In this document: one piece after another, positions 13,656 through 27,100 of the stretch
How the letters are laid out: every line of letters begins with the position of its first letter
How positions within the stretch are numbered: the first letter of the stretch is position 1
NCBI RefSeq assembly: GCF_023055435.1
Contig: NW_025964223.1
Span: 7,316,001-7,380,000 of the forward strand
Source: Haliotis rufescens
Lineage: Eukaryota
DNA: 64,000 nucleotides
Direction: 5' to 3'
The notes under the pieces: model-generated
Databases searched by the model: none
Told to the model about the DNA's origin: nothing
Seen by the model: the letters and a program-made list of their open reading frames with translations, nothing else
Translations under genes and position numbers: made by a program

Positions 13656-14544
13656 GTTTGTTTTTAATGACACGCTAATGATGCCCCAGAACCTTCATTA
13701 AGTTAGTGACGCGCTAATGACACCACGACGTCATTAAAACGTTAGTACAACTGGATTTAATGATGCATTAGTTAATGAAGGTTTAATGACACGTTAATGC
13801 ATCATTAAAGTTTGATACAACCGGGTCCTGAAAAATAGCGTTACCCTTATTTTAAATGATGACGACAAATTCAATTTTTCAGTTTCACAAGCGCTAATTA
13901 CAACGTCCAGATCTGAAGTTAAAAATTAAAATTAAAAATTAATTACAACCAACTGCATGGGGCTAGCCTGATAGTGTTAATTTGCATCCGTGAAAAGACA
14001 ATTACGGCGGTCAACATTTGTTGAGCGCGTGTGCTCCGTGCGTGTGCATGTTGCTCAACTGCAGGTCTATTTGACATTCACTTACTTATTCACTCAAATT
14101 TTCAACAGACAGATTAGTATATTATTTTAATAAACAGTGTAATCAACAACGTGGATAATAGAGGGGATCGGCTTCAGTTTATTTTCTGAAAGATACAATA
14201 ATTTCATGACAGAGTTGTCTCCCATTCAAATGTTTGACATCATTAAGAGGGGCTTTGTACAGGGCTTATTGTCTGGTGGTTTTTAATTTGCACGTACTTT
14301 TGAAAATCAAAAAGCTTTTAATAGTATGTGTACAATTTGCACACAGACATGAAAGGTGTTTTAGAAAATATAACCTAATTAAACATGTAATAAAAACATT
14401 TTGATTTTTTTTCTTGGCCCTACATCAAATAACCCAGAGCTACGCTGCCAAGAGAGAGTTCATTTCACTGACTTGTTGTTTAAAGGAAAGAGTTCAAAGT
14501 GAATTCAGCATGCAGATTGTAGGGATTGGATTTCATTCGGGCAA

Positions 14545-14641
14545 ACGTTTATAAAACATGAAACGTTGGCCCTACGATATTTAGCCAGCGTTGGACCGAC
14601 GGTCAAAATAACGATGGCCCAACGTCAGACTGCTATCTGGG
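14545..14641. mobile_element. End fragment of an EnSpm/CACTA-like MITE
   Basis: Terminal TGCTATCTGGG with internal CGTTGG/CCAACG repeats; no partner end found. Confidence 0.35.
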
Positions 14642-15039
14642 CAGCTACTCTACGCTCGATGAGATTGGCCTAAGGGCTGTGCCATATTTTGCCGACCCCC
14701 ATCCTCACCCCTCGCCTTTATATAACACTATTTCACAGACACCATGACCATCCCTTCCCCCCACTCCCCACCAAAAAAAACACGTTTTCCCCAATTTTCC
14801 TGGAGCACTTTAAAAGTTTACATTCCAAGGTAATCCCTGGGATAATTTTTGCGTTGTGGTCAGACTGGGGGCTAGTCTAAGGGGGGTAACTCTGGCCTGT
14901 TTAGCTCGGAAAACGAAGTACTCATTTGTCATATACATTTCGGCGCTGTGATTACCGGCGCATGACACCACTGTCACAGGCTAATTTGCGTATCACGTGA
15001 ACGGACTTTTCTCCAGTAAACAAACGCGCTTATTCTGTT

Positions 15040-15300
15040 CTCATGGTCGCGTTCCACAAAGCGGTCGTAACTACTATCAATCTTAGTGAGATACATGTAC
15101 GTCGATTTTACAATCGTCTTGGTTTCGCTCCATTCGTCGACCTCTGTCGGCATCAAACGCGTTCGTAGCACCAACTTCACAGCAAGCGAGAGCGTTGTCC
15201 TGGTTGATGAGATGGCTGTTCACCCTTTAACTAAGAAGATTGTAAAATCTGAGTCATTGAGATGGATTGTAGTAACGATCGCTTTGTGAAACTGGACACT
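15040..15300 (+). mobile_element. Decayed relic of a second Harbinger-like family with a Myb N-terminal remnant
   Basis: KRVRSTNFTASESVVLVDEM resembles the start of a Harbinger Myb protein; TIR-like end GTGAAACTGGAC. Confidence 0.4.
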
Positions 15301-15332
15301 GATTTTATATATATTGAGGACGTTCTTCAATG

Positions 15333-15560
15333 TTTGTTTGTTGTTTAACGCCAAACTCAGCAATATTCCAGCTATATGACGGCGGTCTGTAAGTAATCGA
15401 GTCTGGACCAGACAATCCAGTGATTGACAACATCATTGATCAACGCAATTGGGATCGATGACATGCATCAATCAAGTCAGTGAGCCTGATCGCCCGATCC
15501 CGTTAGTCGCCTCTTACGACAAGCATAGTCGCCTTTTACGGCAAGCATGGGTTGTTGAAC
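15333..15560 (-). mobile_element. SINE-like retroposon family B, partial
   Basis: Reverse complement of the copy at 28827; (AAAC)n tail. Confidence 0.85.
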
Positions 15561-16347
15561 ACAACCCCAACTAATTAATGGCCAATAAATGTTCAGTCTA
15601 AATGTGAATCCACATTATCAATATATTTCAAATTAAAAAAACCAGTTGAGACATGTGAGACTGAGATCAGGGTTTAATGCGACGGACAAATGTGCGTGAT
15701 GTACATGCAGAGAATGGACGCACAGTATTCATTGTATCTACATGGTATAAAGAGCAATGATGGGTGTCTGTTATTTCATCCATCAATCATAACCACAGTC
15801 CACACGATCCATTATTCATTCCAGGATCAATATGTACAGTATACTACAACGAAGTTGGCGGGGGATATATAAATGGGTTCCTCCGTCCGTCCTTGCGTGT
15901 GTGCTGACCTGTCCCTCTTGGGACTCGTGCGTGTGAGTGGGGTACACATATCTATTATGAGTTTTAGTATTGAAAAAAATTATGTTTTTGTATTGATATG
16001 ATTTTATGTTACATTTTTAGTAATTGGTAGAATTTTCTTTGCTGTACTGTTTTTATACGTTCAAGGAGCTGAGCATATCGTGGCTTCGGGAGATCTACGA
16101 CAGATAGACTGCACTTCTTGTTTTAACTGAGCTCAGACTTGGGCATGGTCTCGACATTCCAGTAACAAATGAGCTATGGATTCAAGATGGGCATACCTTA
16201 GCATAATGCTTTTTGCGACCGAGTCTCAGGAGTAAGATGGCTACTTTCCTTTCATTTGAGTATGAGTATGGGTTTTTGTCGTCTTGGGACCATGACTTAG
16301 CCAAGGTCATCTGAAACGGATTAAGATATAAACAACACTAATAATAA

Positions 16348-16520
16348 GTGAGTGAGTGAGTGAATGAGTATGGTTTTATGCCGCTTTTAGCAATATTCCA
16401 GCAATATCACGGCGGGGGGCACCAGAAATAGGCTTCACACATTGCACCCATGCTGGGAATCGAACCCGGGTCTTCGGCGTGACGAGCGAACGCTTTTAAC
16501 CACAAGGCTACACGAGCGCC
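16348..16520 (-). mobile_element. tRNA-derived SINE family A
   Basis: A and B boxes, (ACTC)n tail. Confidence 0.88.
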
Positions 16521-18131
16521 CAACAAATAATGAGAAGTGACCTAGCTGCACATCTCGTTCTTGTTGGCTGTCAGTCAATGTACATTACAATGGGGATTGA
16601 AAATTGGGATGCACATCTTATAAGTAATGGCAATTAAGTGATTGTAGACACATACATGTCATGACCACAGGGTAGTTAGTCTTTGTAATTAGATGTTCAT
16701 TCAGACAAAGGATGTCCCAAATTGGTCGCTATGAGACCTCAATGAGCCGAAACAAAAATACACAGTCAATCCTTATAATATAATTTGACAATGAAAACAT
16801 GTGTTATCAAAAAACAGTTATATACATCAAAGCAGACAAATATGACGAGATTGATAAACATTCCAGGCGTAGAAATACATAATGTGTCATGACATGAATC
16901 AGGTGATTGTTTAATTTATGCACAGAGCTTAACACGCCCACAAAGTCAGTAGCCAATTAACATCAATATCAAACACAGTTCACAGGACCTTTCAATCAAG
17001 GCGAGAAGAACTGCAGCTATTATGATTGGAGAATTTAAGGCGGCTGACCTAATCAATGGCCGTCAGATCAACACATTAATTCCCTAAGAACTGGAAGACA
17101 CAGTTGGAAACAAATTGAGTTAGAAATGAAATAAAACTTGAAGACAGGAAATTTGTGGAACTGAGATTGTGCGATGTCTGACTTTGTGCAGTGAGTGTGA
17201 AAGATGGCGGTATTGGTGGTATGTTTGATAATGAAAAACCGCACTGAACGGTTACTAGGTCTGATAACTTCATGATGATACATGTGAGCAGACAGGGAAT
17301 TCCCCCGACAATCCGTAGTGAGGTAAGTACTCCGCTTCGGTGGGAGTGGCCTAATTTTTTACCTTCATTGGGAAATGAATATGTGCCCAATTTACCTATA
17401 GAGAATGTAGGAATTACAATGCAGACAGCGGAAATTCAATTAGTAAGTATTGATGGAATACAATGTACAGGTATAAACCTAGACTAATATCGAGTCTCTG
17501 AAATGAACATATCGTACAGAAAACAACAACAACAGTTACATTATCTTTATAAAAATATTATAAAAAGGGGCCAAGAGATCCTCTTCATTTCCTCATACTC
17601 CTGTAATCTAGACGTTTAGAAACATTATAGACTTGCATGGGCTATATTTGATAAACTTGTATCAGGGTCTGTAAGACAGACTAGTATGAACCATATTTTC
17701 TTGAGACCTGTTTGTTCTATAAGGTTAAATGTTTAACAAATAGATATGTGTCTAGGTAACTGATATATGTGCAACAAACTGTTATGGGCCATTTGTATCT
17801 GAGGCCGGTGCAGACATCTGATAATGTCAGTGGCGTGTTCAGGAGGCTCCATGGTCAAGGTCAATATGTGACCAAATATATATTTTTACTTGACCCTCAT
17901 CCAACGAATATGGGGGAAGTAATCCTGAATTGACCCTTAAACTCTAAAAGCACATTTTAAAGATTTTCAGCTTTCTAAATGAGTTCAGAGATGTAAGAGT
18001 TATCTTGAACAATTCATGTTCAAAATGTTTGCCAGACAAGTTGAAAGGAAACATACACAGTAAAACAACTTTTTCTCTGTGGGCTGTAACTTCCGGGTTT
18101 AACACTGTTAGCGGGTGACACAGTTAATGTA

Positions 18132-21100
18132 CTAAAGTCGTAGCGACCGAATGGCTGGCAAAACTATGTGAACTATTATGATGGCAATCCAATGTGTCAG
18201 GTCAGCATTTTTCGCTACAAGGAGGTCAAACACACTTTGGTGTCCACTGACAGCTGCTATCATTATGGGTGTCCGTCCATTCTGTCCTCTAGTGTTGATA
18301 TTAGAAGGTGACACAAGTTGAGATACTATAGACTTGTTACCACCCTCACAGGCAAGATGAAGTAAACTATCACCATTGTTGTCCACCAGTGACAGGTCAG
18401 CTTGCTTTGACACCAGGAGGTCAAACACACGTTGGTGTCCTTTGACAGCTGCTATCATTATGGGTGGACATCCATGCTGTCCTCTAGTGTTGATATTAGA
18501 AGGTGACACAAGTTGAGATACTATAGAATTGTTACCACCCTCACAGGCAAGATGAAGGACACTTTCACCATTGTTGACCACCAGTGACAGGTCAGCTTGC
18601 TTTGACACCAGGAGGTCAAACACACTTTGGTGTCCTTTGACAGCTGCTATCATTATGGGTGTCAATCCATTCTGTCCTCTAGTGTTGATATTAGAAGGTG
18701 ACACAAGTTGAGATACTATAGACTTGTTACCACCCTCACAGGCAAGATGAAGGACACTATCACCATCGTTGTCCACCAGTGACAGGTCAGCTTGCTTTGA
18801 CACCAGGAGGTCAAACACACTTTGGTGTCCTTTGACAGCTGCTATCATTATGGGTGTCAATCCATTCTGTCTTCTAGTGTTGATATTAGAAGGTGACACA
18901 AGTTGAGATACTATAGAATTGTTACCACCCTCACAGGCAAGATGAAGGACACTTTCACCATTGTTGACCACCAGTGACAGGTCAGCTTGCTTTGACACCA
19001 GGAGGTCAAACACTCTTTGGTGTCCTTTGACAGCTGCTCTCATTATGGGTGTCAATCCATGCTGTCCTCCAGTGTTGATATTAGAAGGTGACACAAGTTG
19101 AGATACTATAGAATTGTTACCACCCGCACAGGCAAGATGAAGTAAACTATCACCATTGTTGTCCACCACTGACAGGTCAGCTTGCTTTGACAACAGGAGG
19201 TCAAACACACTTTGGTGTCCTTTGACAGCTGCTATCATTATGGGTGTCCATCCATTCTGTCCTCTAGTATTGATATTAGAAGATGACACAAGATGTTGTA
19301 CTATAGACGTGTCACCACCCTGACAGGCAAGATGAATTATTTCATTTCCCCTTTTGTCTCTGTTTTGTGTGTGTGATATTGATTGCAATACCTTATAACA
19401 CTCATGCGATCCCATGTTAGCAGTAACCATGAGTGGAGTCATCCCTTCGTCATCAATAGAATTCATTACAACTTGCTTCACTTCATCATTATAAAGTTTG
19501 CTCTTATGTTCTTTCAGAACCTTTAGTGTATTCTTATGTCCTAGCATGCTTGCTATGTGTATAATGTTTGTCTTGTTCTCAATAGTAGTAAGCACATTAG
19601 CGCCATGTTCTATCAGATACACAAGTGTTTCAGAACTCCCAAATGCAGCAGCCAGCAAAAGCCATCTGTTCATGGTTAGAATAATGTCTGGATTTTCACT
19701 CCTGGGTATAAGCCACTTCAATACTGTCACGTTGTTGTTCATCACACAACTTTCCAGTGATTCATTGATCTCTGTTCGAGTAAATTCTCCTCCAGTTATA
19801 TTTTCTATTTCTAAGACAATCTTTGTACAGTGTCCAAGAACAGCCCAATTCAAAAAGCACTCCCCCATATCTCTTTTGTGAAACCAACAGTCATCCAGGG
19901 ATCCAACACGTAGTTTATCAAGCAGTTGAAGAGCCACCTTTTCTTGTCGGAGGATCGGGTGTGTCACTGATTTAGAAAACTGCCCCTTCTTGATTGATTC
20001 TGCAAATCGAGTTGTCAGGATATCATAATACTGTTCGGAGACAAATATTAGGTGGAGATGATCATCGATTTTGCTTTCCTCTACTGGTTGTGGCTGCACT
20101 CGCTCATATATGAAGTTGTCACTGCAGTGAGTCAGCACAAATGTTGGACTGATGTCATACAATGAACAAGCACAAGCATCATATATGGAAGAATGGGCAA
20201 ATCCAACAGCATCACCCCGTGTAAAGAATGTTCCTCTAAGACACTTTGCTGCTTCATACATCCCTAAGCGTGACGCTGATGGCATCAACTTTAAAACCTT
20301 TCTGACCATGTTGTCCATTTTCTTGTCCTTGCCGTCTGCTTCCAACATGGCCAAATCTAACTTATCCTCACATAATAGCATCAGAACTAATATGGCGGAT
20401 CGATCAGTTTTTGACCTCAGGAAGCTGTTTAGTTCTAGCCTAAGATAAGACAGTGGTGACTCGAAAATGTTCTTTGTATTTTGGAACATAGACGAAAATT
20501 CAAAATATAGTTTACAGGTGAGAGGATATCCAAATATGTTTGACTCTTTCTCCCACGGTTTGAAGTCGGGTCTATCTTTAGAAGTGTCTCTATGCAGATT
20601 CCGATGGTGCTCAAATATTGCCTGTTTCTCTGCTTGAGTATATCTGTGTTTCTTTTCAGTTGTTAAATCCACCCGTGTTGGTCCCTGGAACAGAGAGAAT
20701 CTCTCATATTGTAGCTGGCCAAGTCCATCATGGAAGTTGTAAGTCTTGGATGTGAAGACAACACGAATATCCTTTTTGGGCTGTGGTTTTCGGTCATGAT
20801 CTCTACTTGCTATATTTTGACCTCTTTTCTCAGCTTCCTGTTTCCTTGGGGATTCACGGTTCTCTGCTGACTTTTTGCAGTGTTTTAAGTGGCGATCAAG
20901 CTTATTGAGAAATGTTTTCAGCTGTGAAACATCGGTAGATAATCCAACAGTACCAAACATGTCATCTATGACCAGAAATACTCTAGGTGATGAGCTCAAG
21001 AAGTTGTCCAAGTCAAACTGTTCAATCCTGTCCACAAAGGCAAACTTGTACCCTCTTCTCTTATACTGTGAACCCAAGATGAGTGCTGCTGTTGTTTTGC

Positions 21101-24100
21101 CTTCTCCTGAAGCACCACAGATGGTGACATGGCCAAACTCCTTCAGTTTTTGTTTTATAGTCCCGAAACTCTCCGTTTCAACAAAGATTTCTTCAGCATC
21201 ACTTATTTGGATGTCAAGGGTAGCTACAAATAAAAGCAATCATTATTATACGGTTTAATTATGACATGATTTGACAGTGGTTATGCTCTGTGGTTTTGAA
21301 ACCTATTTGACTAAAGCTCCACTATCAGATCCCTATTTCCAGCATAGTTGGCTCTTAAAATTCTTCTCTGAAAGTGTTTGTTTGTATGGTTGCTGTTTAA
21401 CACCACACTCGGCAATATTCCAGATATATGATGGCAGTCTGTAAATTATCGAGTCTGGACCAGGCAATCAAGTGATTGACATCATGAACATCAATCCATG
21501 CAATTGGGTTCGATGACATGCATCAACCAAGTCAGCTAGTCTGACCACCTGATCCCGTTAGTCGCCTCTGACAACAAGCATAGTCACCTTTTACGGCAAG
21601 CATGGGATTATGAAGACTAATTATACCCCGGATCTTCATGGGCCACGCGGAGGAAGCTGAACTTTGGCATGTTTGTTTCCTCTGATAATGACATCATATT
21701 TTGTGTACATTTAGTGTCAGTTATTAGTCATCATTATTTATCATGTTTATGCAGAAGATATTAGATTATCAATGCTGACAGACCAACACTTGAGGTTTCT
21801 TTAAACCTTTTGGGGTGTTTTATGTTTCTTTTTCTGTTTTGCTTTGTTTTGTTTTTTTTCCTGTGGGGCTGTTGACATGGCTTATGTTACTTACCCTCAC
21901 CAACAGTCCCTGCAGCGGTTGGTCCAGTAAATATGTTCTGCGTCTGGACGAGGGTGATGGCTTTAGGGGCATCGCCTATCAACAACATTTCAAAGACACA
22001 AATGGATTACACGGATTAATATTTAACAAACTATCTACAAAACATCACATGGCAAAACCCCATGTAGCCATCCTTCTTGCATGTAGCTTAAAATACTGAC
22101 CGTTGTTCTTCACTGTCATGATGCCGTGTAGTGCTAGCCCACTGAGATACCATGCCGCAGTTTAACATGAATACCGAGCAGTCCTTGTTTTAGCCCCTTA
22201 ATGCCGAGCGCCAGCAGGGTAAACACAAGTACCATATTTTAAGGTCTTTTGGTATGACGCGGCCGGGGATCGATCCCGGACCTTCAGCTCTCCGGGTGGA
22301 CGCTCCGCCACTAGACCACGGAGGCGGTCGTATCAAATTCAAACTTTAATGAAACCAGTATAAGGTGTACAACAAATGTTTCCTTCTCACGCAACGCGTT
22401 CAGTTTTCATGTATTGCAACTTCAATATCCCAGTGGAGATTCCAGGTTGCAATTGGCCCTAAGCAATCAATGCTGGTCATAAGAGGCGAATGAATGGATT
22501 GGGTAGTCAGGCTTAGGGCCTAGTTGATAGAGTGCCATCATACCCTGACAATTTCAATTGTTGCTCATAATATCAATCACTGGTTTGTCTGAGGTCCAGA
22601 CTGGAATATTATGTTAAGCAACAAACAAATCTAAATAATTACTGCAATTTAACTGTCGATACGTATGTGTCATATCACAATAAAGTGTATCGTAAAGCCC
22701 TAACAATTTTACTATCTTTCCATTATGAATAAGTTCCTGTTTCCTAATATACCAATAATGAAAGGCTCTACTTGATATGGCGAGATCATCGATGCATGTA
22801 GTAGTATTTTTTTTGTATCTAATTACACACACCTACTTTAAATACATATCAGTATTGTCACTCCCCAGACAAGAATGTTTCCGAATATCCTAAATATACA
22901 TCTTACTTCAAAAGAGTAAATATGCCCTCGTAAGCCTTGTCAAATAATAAACGTTACTAAAACCGTAGTACTAAGATTATAATGATGATGTAATTTGCAG
23001 TAACATTATTTTATTGAATGGTTTATTTCTCTTTCTACACAATATACATGTGCAAGGTTCAGGTAAATCTATTTTACCATTTTTCTGTCCTTCACATTGG
23101 TGCCCAAGTTTGATTTAAGAGCGGATGATATTTAGTCTCCCATTACAAATCAATACAATCACTAAATGATTACTTTTTCAACAGTGGCTAGTCTTTGATA
23201 TTTAGCTTCATTAATCAGTTATGATTCTACCTTGACATTTTTATCCAGATGTTTCAAATCTACTTAGACCATGATCTTGCTGATTACTTCTGGGCAAAAT
23301 GCCATATCACCCACACTGCATAGCTGGACCATGTAGAGCACCAGTGCCTGTCAGCCTACATTAGACCACATGGTTTAAATTTATGCTGATGATCAGCGCA
23401 GAGAAAGAGGATCAATGAGTTGGGTTTGCTCTTTTTAAACGAAGTGAAAGAAGAGAAGAGAAAGATGGTAGTTATAGGATATGTTCACAATGTGAACGAC
23501 ACATATGAAAAGTTAAAATGTCTATTTACATTACAATAATAATATTGACATATATGTTCTATTCTGCATTAAGTGCTTTCAAAATATGTTTTCATATAAA
23601 TGGCATATCTTTTAATAGGGCCACAAATGTAAACTTTACTAAACACAGAGGTAAAAGACGCTGGCATTCCAACAGTCACATATGTGTTGAATTTGCTACT
23701 TCTAGCTTAAATATTCATAAACAATTGTATGTTAACCTCCAGCCTACAAGATAGTTCTGAATGTGACGCACTCGTTTGTGCCCTCTCTGATATTTTACAA
23801 ACCGTCAACAAATCATCAACAAAGCCTTGCAAAAATAAATCAAATGTACCAAAATGAATAATGGTATGATGTTGAATGTTAAGAGGCAAAACGTAATGGG
23901 GACGAAAAATATCAGGGTTCTAATAAGAAAACAATGTATCAATTAATAATAGGGGTCTTCTTTTGCATCACAGGAAATAAATACAAAGGTTACTCAGAAG
24001 AACACAACATGTATATAAACAAACTCAGCTGGAACAACTGGAAACCTTATCAAAACAGGAACCAATTCTGGAAACTATTAAATAATATTAGAATATATTT

Positions 24101-27100
24101 ATCCTGATCTTGAGAATCTAACAAACCACTCCAGGTATATTTACAACACTAAAAAAAGAAATATGCATATGTGAAGTCTTAAAAAACAAATAACAGCAGG
24201 CGATGATAACAAGGAATTAACTTTTAAAATCAATATATCGTACATTGATAGAGCAGTTGGTTAAACTGTTTAATGTCTTCGATAGTCGTCACTTCTCACA
24301 GAGTTTTGTCATGAACCATGACCGTAGAATATATTTATCATAAAATAAAAACCAGTCTAGATATTTGTACAAAGGCAAGTCTAGCCAGCTCCAGCTAGCT
24401 CTATTCCAATGAATTCTTGCATGAGAAGGGTGATAAGACTGACCCAAACAACTACAGGCGTTTTGCACTAAGCAGCTACTTGGGTAAACTATTTGGCACC
24501 TTCATGAATGAAAGAATAATGGTACACATGGAAAAAACTGTTTTACAAGAGCACTGTCAGTCGTAATTTTCAACATCAGATAATGGATTTGTTCTTTAAA
24601 CATTTATGTATTTCACAAAAAGTAAAAAGAAAAGAATATACAGTTGTTTTGTAGACTTTCAAAGGGCATTTGTTTCAGTTGATAGATCACTACTGCTAAC
24701 TCCTAAAATCTGAGGAAATGTATTAAAATAATATCATAACTATATAATGATATCTCTTATGAAGTTTCACAATCCTTCAACTCCAACATCTGGGTAAGAC
24801 AAGGATGCATCTTGTCTCCCGCATTATTTAATATATTTCTCAATGATCTACCACTTAATATAAATCTGAAAGTTATAATATAACATTTAATGGTCTAAAC
24901 ACTTGTCATTTGTTGTTTGCTAATGACTCAGAACTTTTTGCCGATTCCAAAGAAAACTACAAGTGAATGAGTTAGTGAGTATGTTTTTAAGCCGCTTTTA
25001 GCAATATTCCAGCAATATCACGGCGGGGGACACCAGAAATGGGCTTCACACATACTACCCATGTCGGGAATCGAACCCGGGTCGTCGGCGTGAAGAGCGA
25101 ACGCTTTAACCACGAGGCTACCCGACAGCCCCAAAACTACAAATATCACTTGATGGTCTAAGTGTATTTGGAGCAACACATAACCTAAAGACAAAAGATG
25201 ACGAAACAAAATTAATGTTAGTGAAACAAAAATACTAGTTACGGATAGATATAATTACTTAGGAATTACTTTTGAAGCAAATGGTAAACTTAAAAGTAGT
25301 GCTAAACCTCTCCTGGAAAAGGCCCAAAGGCCTACTACAAGCTTCTACATTCTCCATAACCTACAGCTCTTACTTGCAAATTATTCAAAATATTAGTCAA
25401 GCCAGTAATCCTATATAATAGTGAAATCTGGGGTATAGAATCAATCCTCCTAAACAACTATGATTCATTCATTCATTCATTCTCGAGAAACTGCAGCTCA
25501 GATTCAGTAAATCCATGAGTGAAGGATTTGCAAAGCTGATTTACCGCCAACTGGGCGTCGGACAGGTAAGGCCGGCACTCCCATACACGAACAGCAGTCC
25601 TAGTGAATAGGTAACACTGCTCATACACTGACATGCATGGTTTGCTCCGTGATGCGTCGGTTTGTCGCCGACAGTTCTCAAGGTTCAATTTCAATGTGTC
25701 GTAGTGCTTCCCGCATCTCCAATACAATAAACCTCTCCTGCCTTTAGATTGCCGCTTGTATACATGCAAACAACATCAGGGCGTGGGACGAAATCTCGAA
25801 TGTGATGCACACAACTTCAGCAAGTTATATATCTGAATTAATATATAAATGTAAGCAGCAATGGCAGGTTCCAAGTGCCGTGCGTACGTACAAACGTACG
25901 CAAAAATAGTCGGCCATATTCAAATCCTCAAATGGTTTGCTACTACCAATGCCGTCAATAGTAACGCTCTGCTTGCAGTATGTCGCTCCCATGAAATTCG
26001 CGTATGCCAGAGTGTCCCAGGGTGTTCTATATCCATTTTCGACCTCTTCCCTAATACAATTTTCAAATGGTTTGCTTGTACGAACGCCGTCAAAAGTTCG
26101 GCACCGCTTGCGCTTACATCGCCGCTACGAAATTGACGAGTGCAAGAGCATCCTTGGGTGTTCTTAACCAATTACAGACCTTGTCCATATTCTAGAAACT
26201 TCAAAGTGCACCGCGAAAGGCCTTCATGCGAATACCTAAAATGTCTCCTTTTTGCCAAAAAACCCCAATACAACACGTAGCTGTAAAGGCCTTGGATAAA
26301 GTTAGCGCTTGGGGGACAAGATGGCGCCCTATTGGCAAAATGGCTCCCGGTCGGATCTATGTATTATCGATCACGTCGCCTTGACTTGGCTCCGCCATTT
26401 TGTTTAAAACAATTGCAAGTGATATGAGAGGTGGAATAGGTCAATAGGAGGGAAATAGAAGGGACATAACTCGAGTCTGTAAATTCCAGCCTAGCATGGC
26501 AATGGTGGAAACTTGACTTTTATAGTCAGTTAACGCCCTTGCCTCGGGAAAATGTAAAAAAGAACCTTTGGTGAAAAAACGAATAGGATGGGTATACCAA
26601 CATAGTCCAATCTTAGAAATAAACATAATAATATAAGTCATTCAGATTTCCTATCACCAGCATTCAAAGAGACAATAAAGTTTAAATTAGACTCTCTCTT
26701 CAAAGACACTCTTCAGATGCTGATACAACCAAAGGCCAAGGAAACAACCTTAGGACGTACGGGGTAGTTAAAAATGAAACAAAATTAGAACCTTACCCAA
26801 GTTACTGTAAAATAAGGAAATATCGAGTGCACTTTTCTAAACTAAGATTAGGTAACCGTAAATTAACTACAGAAGTTGGAAGACATAAAAGACTACATCA
26901 GAGGCTGTGCTCAACATGTTAAACCAATCGTGTGGGTCAAGCAATGGGGAAAACCTTGTTTGTTTGTAGTAGTAACTTGATACATTCTATGGCTAGTTCC
27001 ATAATAAAAGGTGTTTGTGTAGGGTGGGAGGTGTCACACAAATTACTTGATAACACTTTAACTGCTTCTGTGAGATCCTAAAAGATAGGCACTTTTCTTG

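Larger units (their letters stand above)
8673..13827. mobile_element. Full-length, apparently autonomous PIF/Harbinger transposon, 5155 bp
   Basis: Perfect 17-bp TIRs; CTG TSD at 8670-8672 and 13828-13830; convergent Myb and transposase genes; subterminal CATTAA/TTAATG repeats. Confidence 0.96.
5506..13850. mobile_element. About 450-bp non-autonomous element with two inverted-repeat pairs, split by the Harbinger dimer
   Basis: IR pair 5506-5533 / 5786-5817, then a long hairpin from 5815 whose right arm (..TGATAATGCCCTG|AAAAATAGCGTTACC) resumes at 13831. Confidence 0.65.
23990..26920 (+). mobile_element. Heavily decayed non-LTR retrotransposon (reverse transcriptase and C-terminal region), interrupted by a SINE and other inserts
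   Basis: Broken frames read KGDKTDPNNYR, CFVDFQRAF, VRQGCILSPALFNIFLND, LLFAND, YNYLG, ILYNSEIWG and KLRLG..EVGR..RLCSTC. Confidence 0.85.

Noticed and set aside
19498-21258. Plus-strand ORFs of 98-127 aa
   Set aside because: Antisense shadows of the nSTAND3-ankyrin exon
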